The notes beneath the pieces were generated by a model. That model was given only the letters and a program-made list of their open reading frames with translations. It was not told the DNA's origin and did no database searches. Shown piece after piece: positions 1 through 9,578 of a DNA stretch of 20,000 nucleotides. Location: assembly GCA_034226945.1 (NCBI GenBank), contig CP120456.1, positions 1,177,817 to 1,197,816 of the forward strand, given 5' to 3'. The stretch comes from Picochlorum sp. SENEW3 (taxonomy: Eukaryota). The translations under genes were made by a program, and so were the position numbers. Position 1 is the first letter of the stretch. Each line of letters opens with the position of its first letter.

Positions 1-1
1 T

Positions 2-499
2 GTCGTTTTTGACCTTAAATGTCTTTTCTGATTTCGAAAAGATCATGAAGTGGTTATGTTTTGATGATTTTTGATGCTGTGCTAGCAATGTCTTCTTCTT
101 TGCAGCATTGACTATCACCATCTTGCCTGTGCCTAATGAGCACCATTCACAGTATTGTTCTTGGCCTGCCACACGCAGCCAAGGAAACTCGGCCATCCAA
201 TGAACATTAATCTTCCTACTCTTCACCGCTCTACTAGAACCTGCACTTGTGTCTGGATCACCACTGAACTTCCGCTTCGAGGCCTCAGTCTGCTGGGAAG
301 ACATTTTTGACTTTGCTTCCTCCCAACTCTCAAGGTTAGCTCGAATTGCCCTCCTGGTATCATCGTTGATGCCCTTGGACTCTATTATTTTACCCTGTCT
401 TTGTTTTATTTCTTTTTCACTCAAGATCTCGCAGAAATCACTTTCACTATTCTCTAGGGGAGAGGAATGTCCCGCCTCGTCGTCCCCTGAAGATCCCAT
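2..499 (-). CDS. 5' part of a TTF-type zinc-finger protein, probably a hAT-family transposase; runs off the window's left edge
   Basis: Manual translation from ATG at 499 is open to the edge (absent from the ORF track): MGSSGDDEAG...KSRKINVHWMAEFPWLRVAGQEQYCEWCSLGTGKMVIVNAAKKKTLLAQHQKSSKHNHF. W-x3-FPWL...CxxC...HxxSxxH matches the TTF zinc finger of hAT/ZMYM1/ZNF862-like proteins. No DDE domain lies inside the window. Confidence 0.7.
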   Translation of the reverse strand, partial: MGSSGDDEAGHSSPLENSESDFCEILSEKEIKQRQGKIIESKGINDDTRRAIRANLESWEEAKSKMSSQQTEASKRKFSGDPDTSAGSSRAVKSRKINVHWMAEFPWLRVAGQEQYCEWCSLGTGKMVIVNAAKKKTLLAQHQKSSKHNHFMIFSKSEKTFKVKND

Positions 500-510
500 T
501 CCTGAGCCAC

Positions 511-585
511 TTTGGTGTCATCTTTTTACAGATTTTGTCATATTTTGGTGTCATATTGCCAAAAAGTGTCAATTTTGGTGTCATA
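511..585. repeat. Cluster of TTT(T)GGTGTCAT motifs upstream of the putative transposase (possible subterminal binding sites)
   Basis: Three TTTGGTGTCAT copies plus partial TTTTGTCAT and GTGTCA copies within 75 bp. Confidence 0.6.
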
Positions 586-879
586 TTTCCGCCAGGAAAG
601 GGTAGGGTAGGGTAGTTATATGGCCCAAATCCATGTGTCAAGCACGGTAGGGTATAGATTTTTTGACGATGTGCTCCGTCTCTCCACATATTAAGTTTTA
701 TTTACCTTTCAATAGCATCAAACACGAGTCAGAACTGAAAAATATTTTGTTTTGGGTCCATTTCAGAGGGGTCAAAAACTGGGGCAAAATTGGGCGCGCC
801 ACAAGGAGAAAAAGGCGCCCCCACTTGGAAGAAGGTGACTGTCACTAGTCCAATCCTTTGCAGTGGTCTAGCTACCAGA

Positions 880-2371
880 CGAAAACGTGTCCAGTCCCGC
901 ACGTTTGCCCAGATATATAATCATATATAAGTAGTATCTGAGTGAACGTAGAGAAAAAACAAATGTCTCTGAGGTTGGTTTTCAGGGGGCTGAAGTGGGC
1001 CACCCTGGTGGTGAGTGTCAGGGGGCTTGTGGGGCGTGTTTGGGGGTGTCAAAGACAATGTCCAGTCCTGCGCTCTTTTGTGTGGCTGTATTTATATAAT
1101 ATCAATGTATGTGCAAAGCGAGAGGAGTGGAAATTGTCTCTGGCATGGTCATTTGTCGGGGTGAAGTGGTAAAGCTGGTTGTCACTATGACCAAGCTTGT
1201 GGGGCGTGTTTGGTGGTGTCAAAGACAATGTCCAGTCCTGCGCGTTTTTTTGTAGATGTATTTATATAATATCAATGTATGTGCAAAGCGAGAAGAGTGG
1301 ACATTGTCTCTGGCATGGTCATTTGTCGGGGTGAAGTGGTAAAGCTGGTTGTCACTATGACCAAGCTTGTGGGGCGTGTTTGGTGGTGTCAAAGACAATG
1401 TCCAGTCCTGCGCTCTTTTGTGTGGCTGTATTTATATAATATCAATGTATGAGCAAAGCGAGAAGAGTGGACATTGTCTCTGGCTTGGTCATTCGGCGTG
1501 TTGAAGTGGTGACACTGGTGGTGAGTATGAGTGAGTTTGTGGGGCGTGTTTGGCGGTGTCAAAGACAATGTCCAGTCCTGCGCCTTTTTGTGTGGATTTA
1601 TTTATATAATATCAATGTATGAGCAAAGCGAGAAGAGTGGACATTGTCTCTGGCATGGTCATTCGGCGTGTTGAAGTGGTGACACTGGTGGTGAGTGTCA
1701 GCGACCTTATAGCGCGTGTTTGGTGGTGTCAGAGACAATGTCCAGTCCTGCGCGTTTTTTTGTAGATGTATTTATATAATATCAATGTATGAGCAAAGCG
1801 AGAAGAGTGGACATTGTCTCTGGCATGGTCATTCGGCGTGTTGAAGTGGTGACACTGGTGGTGAGTGTCAGCGACCTTATAGCGCGTGTTTGGTGGTGTC
1901 AGAGACAATGTCCAGTCCTGCGCGTGTTTGTGTAGACGTATTTATAGTATAGTAATATATGTGCAAAGCCAGAGGAGTGGACATTGTCTCTGGCATGGTC
2001 ATTCGGCGGGGTGAAGTGGTGACACTGGTGGTGAGTATCAGCGACCTTGTGGGGCGTGTTTGGTGGTGTCAAAGACAATGTCCAGTCCTGCGCGTTTTCG
2101 TGTAGATATATTTATATAATATCAATGTATGTGCAAAGCGAGAAGAGTGGACATTGTCTCTGGCATGGTCATTTGGCGGGGTGAAGGGGTAAAGCTGGTT
2201 GTCACTATGACCGAGCTTGTGGGGCGTGTTTGGGGGTGTCAAAGACAATGTCCAGTCCTGCGCGTTTTCGTGTAGAGGTATTTATATAATATCATCGTAT
2301 GTGCAAAGCGAAAAGAGTGGACATTGTCTCTGGCTTGGTCATTCGGCGTGTTGAAGTGGTCACCTTGGTGG
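880..2371. repeat. 170-bp tandem satellite, about 8.7 copies, each with an internal inverted repeat
   Basis: GCGTGTTTGG-containing anchor recurs at 1031, 1201, 1371, 1541, 1711, 1881, 2051 and 2221 (period 170), with a degenerate first copy from ~880. GACAATGTCCA...TGGACATTGTC arms in each unit. Confidence 0.95.
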
Positions 2372-3850
2372 CTCCCCTTGAAAAATTAGTCGACTGTTGA
2401 GTCCGGTCCAGGCATCCTTCTGACAGATCACCAGGAAGGGCTAAAAAGGGATAAGGGATAATTGGGATTAGAAATCACGCGCTGCTTGTCGGCTGAGTCT
2501 TGTTTCGCCGCGTCCGTGGCGCTTTTGAGTCTTTCATGTATCCACAGAAACCGTGCGAAGTGCTAGATCGGGCATTTGGGTGGCGACCACCAACTTTGGT
2601 CACCGCATGTTTTTGTAACGGGCCAGGAGGCAAAGCAGGAGCAGTTGCCTCAGACTCGATGGCTGAGAGCTTTCACCATGGCCTGCCGAGTTTAGGCATT
2701 CATATGGACTTGATGAGAAGGAACTGGCATTGTAAAGAGCTTCCCCGCTCGCCAGCATCAGGAGTAGTTCGCGTCCCAACAGAATTCACAACGACCTCTG
2801 GGCAAAGCAAATTTTGTGAGTTTGATTGTTGGAGGGATACATATATATATATCAATACAAGATAGAGGGTAGGAACCACTAGGACAAGAGGTCGTGGCTT
2901 GTTGGCACCGGTATGATTGTTGTTGTCATGACATTCCCGTGGAACGGTTGTTGTTGGAACCCTGTTGTGCTCCGTGGTGGTCAATCGTCGGCTCTTTCGA
3001 CTGATATATAATTTTAAAGCAAGAATGATGCTCCCTTATACCCACAAAGGAACGATTCTCGGCGTGTTCATCCCAACCGTCGCGACGCGATCGGAATGGA
3101 CCAACGTCGGTTCGTGAGATCCATTCGACTCGGCGCCGATGAAAATAGTCCTTAATATTGTTTTATTCGTCCAATTAACCAACACCAACAACCAATACTG
3201 CTATGCGCTGCCGGTGAGTGGCGAGGGTGTGGGGTCACCGAGGCCACATGATGCGTTGTGTGCAAGAAGGTGGCTGAGTGCGTTTTCTGTTTAGGGTCAC
3301 ATCTGCGATGTTACCACCAAGTGTTGAATGTATCCAAAGAAACTATGGAAGGTGCCAGATAGGTCCATCTATATAGCAGGGACAGCGTCGATGAGGGCTT
3401 TTTTCTTTTTCAGGCGTGTCCGTCCGTAAATGAAGATAATAAAAAAGGACGACCATGGGCCAGAGAGCCCACCCGCTTTAACCGCTCGGCCACACTCAGC
3501 GTGCTTTTTTAATCTTCCATCACAAGGGAGGTTTGACCGAGGATATCATCGTGATGTTTATTCACAGCTCTCCCCATCCAAGATCTAGTCTGATGGGGGA
3601 AAAAGCCTGGGTGTGGAGCACACACAGCAAAGCCAGGAGGAAGAGGGGAGAGCTGAGGAGCAATCTTTAAAACACGACGAGATCTTCCCCAAAGAAGCGT
3701 CGCAATTGTATACATATAGTACTATCCTACGATGCTCATTGCAACACATGTAGTCTAAGTAAGACAACGTGCCATGCATGCTGCTGATACTGAGATACTT
3801 GCTCCAGCATTAGTGCAACGTTACTCCAGTGCTTGCCTCACCTTGCTTGC

Positions 3851-3881
<31 letters not shown>

Positions 3882-5460
3882 GAAACAAAGACAATACTTT
3901 TTTCATTTTTTCTTGTCTCATGTCTTTTCATATACTTCTTATTGTACCTCTCTCTACCTCATATCTTGTCTGTGAGTCTATCTCCAGGTTCCTATCTTCT
4001 TCTTGTGTGTGTGTCTTTGTGTTTCGTCCTGTTATTATTGGCTGCTTGCTCATATCGATTGTTGTGCATGTTAGTATGATTATTACTATTTCTCTAACTA
4101 GTAACTGGTATGAGATAGTATCCTGTTTTGATTGCTTTGCTTTGTTGGTGTGTTCTCTTGTGTTGTAGTAGCAGTAGCAGAGCTTGTGGTGTGTGTTGTC
4201 AGAGTTGTTGTTTCAGGTGGTGTGCGACGCTTTGATGAGTGCTGTTTTTTTTTACTATACAACACCCTTTTTATTTTGTGTATTGGTTTGGTTGGTATAT
4301 TTTTGGTGGAGGTCCCAGTCAAGTCAAGGGGGGGTGATGGGAAGATCGCCATTCTTCTTGTTCCGAGAAGCTCCCTCTTCTTCTTCAGACAGTCCACCAG
4401 ACCTGTTTGTTGTTTTGCCCTGGTTGTGGGAGTTTTCTTTACTGATGGGTGTTTATTATTCACACAGATATAACGCAACAAGCACTTAAAAATTTTTTTC
4501 CCTTCAATAGAAAGATTATAAATTCTACATGGTATCACTGTGGCACGAATGCGCTAAAGCTCTCTGCTGTGAGAGAAACGACTCCGTGCTTTTCTCGAGG
4601 TAGAGGAACGAAAACGGCCTGTAGGCCCGACTCAAATACCAACGTGACCGAGGAGAAGCGTCGGCCTGGAATCGTTTGTAGATTTTCCGACACAGCCCGT
4701 CCGACAAAGTCCTGGATAGAAGGCCACGCGCGACGGGCAGGAATCCTAGTTCTTATTTAAATTGGTACTCTTCTTCTTACTTACTTACTTAATATTGTGT
4801 CCTTCTGTTGTTGTTGTTGTGAAAAAGGACAGAGATTCTTTTCATTCATGCATAGCATAGCATAGCATAGTATAGATTGTTGTTGTGTCATTATGATTAT
4901 TATGAGATTTTTATCTTTTGATTTTGGTTTTGCTTTGCTTTGCTTTTGTGTTGGTTGCTGTTGTTGTTGTCTTCTCTTGTTGTTGTAGTAGTAGTAGTAG
5001 TAGGAGGAGCAGTAGTAGTAGCAGAGCTTGTGGTATGCCGTGTCTTTTGTTGTTGTCGTTGTTGTTGTTGTTGTATATATAGTATAGGTGGTTATTATAC
5101 TACTTATTATTCTTCTTGATATTGTATTGTATATTCTCGTTCTTTTGGTGGTGTTTTTGGATGTTTTTTTAGTTGGTGTGTTTTTTTGGTTAGGGTATTT
5201 TGGTCTTGTTGGTGGTGTTTTTTCTTGGCTTTATTTTTGATTTTTTGGATATTTTCTTATTTTTGGGTAGTTTGTATATTATTTAATTTAGAAATCGTGT
5301 TTATTTTTCTGTGAATGCGGTGGACGTGGGGTGACTATCTACTGGGGTTCTGCCCGGTGGCTCCCCTCGAGAAATTAGGCGACTGTTGCGTCCGGTCCAA
5401 GCATCCCTCTGACCGGTCACCAGGACTGGCTAAAAAGGGATAAGGGATAATTGGGATTAG
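2367..5460 (+). mobile_element. Unclassified non-coding ~3 kb repeat element, copy 1, preceded by a 5'-truncated end box (2367-2471)
   Basis: Colinear homology with 5461-8788 and ~15930-19905. Shared landmarks: AATCACGCGCTGC head, CATTCCCGTGG, AATAAAAAAGG(A/G)CGACCATG, GGTCCCAGTCAAGTC...GGGAAGATCGCCATTCTT, (TTG)n tracts, and the end box finishing GGGATAAGGGATAATTGGGATTAG. Strand is nominal. Confidence 0.7.
4460..4749 (+). mobile_element. Non-autonomous Helitron (~290 bp) nested in copy 1
   Basis: Absent at the homologous site of copy 3 (GTTTATTA^TTCTTATTT, ~19329) and of copy 2. Starts (T)TC and ends CTAG followed by T. GCCCGTC (4695-4701) and GACGGGC (4732-4738) form a stem ending 11 nt from the terminus. 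No target-site duplication. Confidence 0.8.
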
Positions 5461-8400
5461 AAATCACGCGCTGCTGGTCGACTGAGCTCTGTTTCGCCGG
5501 GTCCGTGGCGCTGTTGAGTCTTTCATGTATCCACAGAAACCGTGCGAACTGCCAGATCGGGCATTTGAGGGGCGATGACCAACCTTGGTCACCGCATGTC
5601 CCAATTGAGTCACGAATCACGCGCTGCTGGTCGACTGAGCTCTGTTTCGCCGGGTCCGTGGCGCTGTCGAGTCTTTCAAGTATCCACAAAAACCGTGCGA
5701 ACTGCCAGATCGGGCATTTGAGGGGCGATGACCAACCTTGGTCACCGCATGTCCCAATTGAGTCACGAATCACGCGCTGCTGGTCGACTGAGCTCTGTTT
5801 CGCCGGGTCCGTGGCGCTGTTGAGTCTTTCATGTATCCACAGAAACCGTGCGAACTGCCAGATCGGGCATTTGGGTGGCGATGACCAACCTTGGTCACCG
5901 CATGTCCCAATTGAGTCACGAATCACGCGCTCCTGGTCGACTGAGCTCTGTTTCGCCGGGTCCGTGGCGCTGTTGAGTCTTTCATGTATCCACAGAAATC
6001 GTGCGAACTGCCAGATCGGGCATTTGAGGGGCGATGACCAACCTTGGTCACCGCATGTTCGAATCGAGTCAGGAATCACGCGCTGCTGGTCGACTGAGCT
6101 CTGTTTCGCCGGGTCCGTGGCGCTGTTGAGTCTTTCAAGTATCCACAGAAACCGTGCGAACTGCCAGATCGGGCATTTGGGGGGCGATGACCAACCTTGG
6201 TCACCGCATGTCCCAATTGAGTCACGAATCACGCGCTGCTGGTCGACTGAGCTCTGTTTCGCCGGGTCCGTGGCGCTGTTGAGTCTTTCATGTATCCACA
6301 GAAACCGTGCGAACTGCCAGATCGGGCATTTGAGGGGCGATGACCAACCTAGAGTGTTGTCATGACATTCCCGTGGGGCGGTTGTTGTTGGAACCCTGTT
6401 GTGCTCCGTGGTGGTCAATCGACGGCTCTATCGACTGATATATATTTTTAAAGCAATAATGATGCTCCTTCATGTCCATGGAGGGCGACTCCAGGCCTGT
6501 GCTGGTCCCAACCGTCGCGACGCGAACGGAATCGACGACTGTCGGTTGGCGTGGAAACTGACGCGGTCACCACGGAGAGACCCTCAATGCTGTTTTAATT
6601 ATCCATTTATTCAATATTAATCACTGTGAGGCACCGTTTCTTCGGCAGTGCGTGGCACCCCCTGGGCCAACGCGATGTCATGGCTCTGCAAGGTGTGGTG
6701 TCAACTTGGTCTGGAACAGTCGAAAGATAGCCGCAATATGTTGGGTATGCACAACAACCATAGAAAGGGACACCTGATACTGCTGACCTATTCGGGCTGG
6801 TTCTTACACACGGCTTTTCCTTCTTGTGTTGTGAGGACATGCTTCTTTGTTCGTTTTCTCAACCCTTCGGTCCGACAAAGCCCCAGACCGTTGGCATGCG
6901 ACCCGTAGTAGTAGGAGAGGAGTAGAGACGGGTCTCTGGTCGTGCTCTGGCGAATGTCCGTAAACAAACACAATAAAAAAGTTGGACCAAGTTGAACCCC
7001 GGTCTCCTCGGACGTGGTGTTCGTCCGTCAATGAGGACAATAAAAAAGGGCGACCATGGGACCGCTCGGCCACACTCGTCGTGCTTTTTGGTGGCATGTT
7101 TTTCATTCTTCTTCCCATCCCATCACACAAGAGGTTTGACCGAGGATATATCGTGATTTTTTTTGGTATTCACAGCTCTCTCCATCGAAGACATATTTTG
7201 ATGGGAGTGGATGTGGAGCACACACACACAGCCAGCTGGTCGAGGAGGAGAGCTGTGACTCGCCTGCTTTCTTTGCAGCAACATAAACACGACGACATCT
7301 CCCTTATTCAAAGAAGCGTCGCAGTTGTATCCTACTATTCTAATAGCAACTCCTCATGAAGTCTACGTAAGACAATGTCATACTTTCCTCCAGCATCAGT
7401 GCAAGGTTCCTAGTGCTTGCCACAGCTTGCTTGTTGTTGTTGTTGTGAAGCAGACGATTTGTTTCCATTTCATTCTTATTTCATGATGTCTTTTCCTTAT
7501 TTATTCATTTCACAGGTATTGTTATAACTCTTTCTCTAGAGAATCTCACATGTTGTCTGTGAAGGGTATCTCCAGGTTGTTCTTCTTCTTGTGAGCATGA
7601 GACTTGTGTGCTTTGTTGTGTCCTGTTATTATTGCTCGTGTGGATTGTTGTGCATGTTTCTATCATTATTATTACTACTACTATTATGAGATATTTACTT
7701 TCTCCTTTTGATTGCTTTCCTTCTTTGTTGGTGTGTTGTCTCGTGGTGTAGCAGCAGCAGCAGTAGTAACAGTAACAGTAGTAACAGTAATAGTAGTAGT
7801 AGTAGTGGTGGTGGTGTGTATGCTGGATGGTTGTTGATTTATTGTATTATTATTGTTGTTGTGTAGGGTGGCTGCTTTCTACACCCTTTTGCTTGGTTTG
7901 GTTGGTATTTTTTGGGTGGTGGTCCCAGTCAAGTCCAGGGGTGGTGATGGGAAGATCGCCATTCTTCTTGTTCCGAGATGCTCCCTCTTTCTTCCGAGGG
8001 CACCATCATCATCACCTGTTTGTTCCGCGTGGGTGTGCGACGTTTTTTTCAATGATGGGTGTTTATTATTATTATTATTATTGGTATTCTTCTTACTTCC
8101 TTACTTACTTACTTAATATTGTGTCCTTCTGTTGTTGTTGTTGTTGCTGTTGTGAAGAAGAAGACAGAGATTCTTTTCATTCATGCATAGCATAGCATAG
8201 CATAGATTGTTGTTGTGTCATTATGATTATTATGAGATTTGTATCTTTTGATTTTGGTTTTGCTTTGCTAATTTTTGTGTTGGTTGCTGTTGTTGTTGTC
8301 TTCTCTTGTTGTTGTAGTAGTAGGAGGAGGAGGAGGAGCAGTAGTAGTAGCAGAGCTTGTGGTGTGCCGTGTCTTTTGTTGTTGTTGTTGTTGTTGTTGT

Positions 8401-8788
8401 ATATATATATAGTAGGTGCTTATTATACTACTTATTCTTCTTCTTGATACTGTATTGTATATTCTCGTTCTTTTGGTGGTGTTTTTGGATGTTTTTTTGG
8501 TTGGTGTGTTTTTTTGGTTAGGGTATTTTGGTCTTGTTGGTGGTGTTTTTTCTTGGCTGTATTTTTGATTTTTTGGATATTTTCTTATTTTTGGGTAGTT
8601 TGTTATTTTTTTTATTTGGAAATCGTGTTTATTTTTTGTTTGTGTGGTGGGAAGTGGGGTGAATATCTACTGGGGTTCTGCCCGGTGGCTCCCCTCGAGA
8701 AATTAGGCGACTGTTGCGTCCGGTCCAAGCATCCCTCTGACCGGTCACCAGGACTGGCTAAAAAGGGATAAGGGATAATTGGGATTAG
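5461..8788 (+). mobile_element. Unclassified ~3.3 kb repeat element, copy 2, head-to-tail with copy 1
   Basis: Same landmark order as copy 1. The end box 8667-8788 looks identical to 5339-5460 and abuts Mini-III coding sequence at 8789. Confidence 0.7.
5462..6349. repeat. 153-bp tandem array, about 5.8 near-identical copies
   Basis: AATCACGCGCT at 5462, 5615, 5768, 5921, 6074 and 6227; 51-aa periodicity in ORFs 5451..6365(+) and 5417..6418(-). A single diverged unit sits at ~2473-2610. Confidence 0.97.
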
Positions 8789-9315
8789 TAGTGTTCCAGG
8801 CGCATTCTTCCCCCACTGCAGCACCTGCTCCTCCTTTGCTGTGAGTATCTCACCATGGAGCAATTTTTGATACGCCTCAGACTGAGCCTCGGCCCGAACT
8901 TGATCAATAACTGCCTGGCGATACCGAGATGCGTGCGAGGGCGGGCTAAAATGACGCCTCCTTGCATACAGCTGCACCGTGGCAATACAGACGCACTGAG
9001 CAAACTACCTTGGCAACAACAACAGTGCCACACATGTCTTCCACGTACCTCCCACACGCTATCACCCAAAAATGCTAGTGATGATGCATTCCAAGACTGC
9101 TCGGCCTTCCTCTCGCCTAAATCGGGGGCAGGAGGAAGAACATGCTCGACTGGCCTGGAAGGTTTTCCTGCGTCTGCGACGATGCATCTCGGTCTATGCT
9201 GCCCCCCGAACGCCAGCACGGCTTTTCCTACGTGACTTTTAAGATACTCGAGGTGGCCTGTACCGGACAGTTGCCGTTGCTGCTGCGGAGCCGAGAGTGC
9301 TCGACAGACCTGCAT
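8789..9315 (-). pseudogene. Mini-ribonuclease III (plastid RNC3/RNC4-like), 3'-truncated by the repeat element; exons 9315-9049 and 8971-8789
   Basis: Spliced (GT at 9048, AG at 8972; 77-nt intron): ...SWNASSLAFLGDSVWELYARRRHFSPP...VRAEAQSEAYQKLLHGEILTAKEEQVLQWGKNAPGT. LAFLGDSVWE is the RNase III signature and WGKN is typical of plant Mini-III. The N-terminus resembles a transit peptide. The expected C-terminal E-x-LIGYLY segment is missing. Confidence 0.85.
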
Positions 9316-9578
9316 GTCCTTGCTCAACACCCTACAGGGACTGCATTTTGCGAACGAATATCGGGAAATAATTATACCCTTGCAATGTGATTCGAGATTC
9401 CAATTGCCATCGACACTGCGTGTTCTCTGGAGATCTCTCTCTTTCTCTCTCTCCTACAATCGTTGTGCGAGTGGCCACTCTCCATGTTGCGAATCAGGGA
9501 GGGTTGCACCGCCAGGATCGCCGTTCGTCCTACTAGGAGGTCCAGACGTTGCCTCTGCGGAATCAATTGAAGAAATTT
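9316..9578. promoter_or_regulatory. Putative bidirectional promoter region between the divergent Mini-III and GGT genes
   Basis: 263 bp between inferred head-to-head ATGs (9315 minus, 9579 plus), with a CT-rich tract at ~9434-9454. Positional inference only. Confidence 0.45.

Noticed and set aside
249..605. 118-aa plus-strand ORF
   Set aside because: Antisense shadow of the zinc-finger ORF on the minus strand.
599..655. Telomeric repeats (also 19956-19972)
   Set aside because: Only about three AGGGT/AGGGTAT units, not a TTTAGGG-type array.
880..2371. CRISPR-like array (palindromic repeats at a fixed period)
   Set aside because: Whole units are homologous with no unique spacers, there are no cas genes, and the context is eukaryotic.
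3774..4538. Hydrophobic and Cys-rich ORFs (also 7827-8771 and 18536-19444)
   Set aside because: Translations of (TTG)n/(TAG)n low-complexity tracts; boundaries are not conserved between copies.
5475..5525. Hammerhead ribozyme in the 153-bp unit (minus strand GCC...GGC-GAAAC)
   Set aside because: The required CUGANGA core before stem II is absent.
5417..6418. 304-aa and 333-aa ORFs as real genes
   Set aside because: They result from a stop-free repeat whose length is a multiple of 3; non-ATG starts and no recognisable domain.
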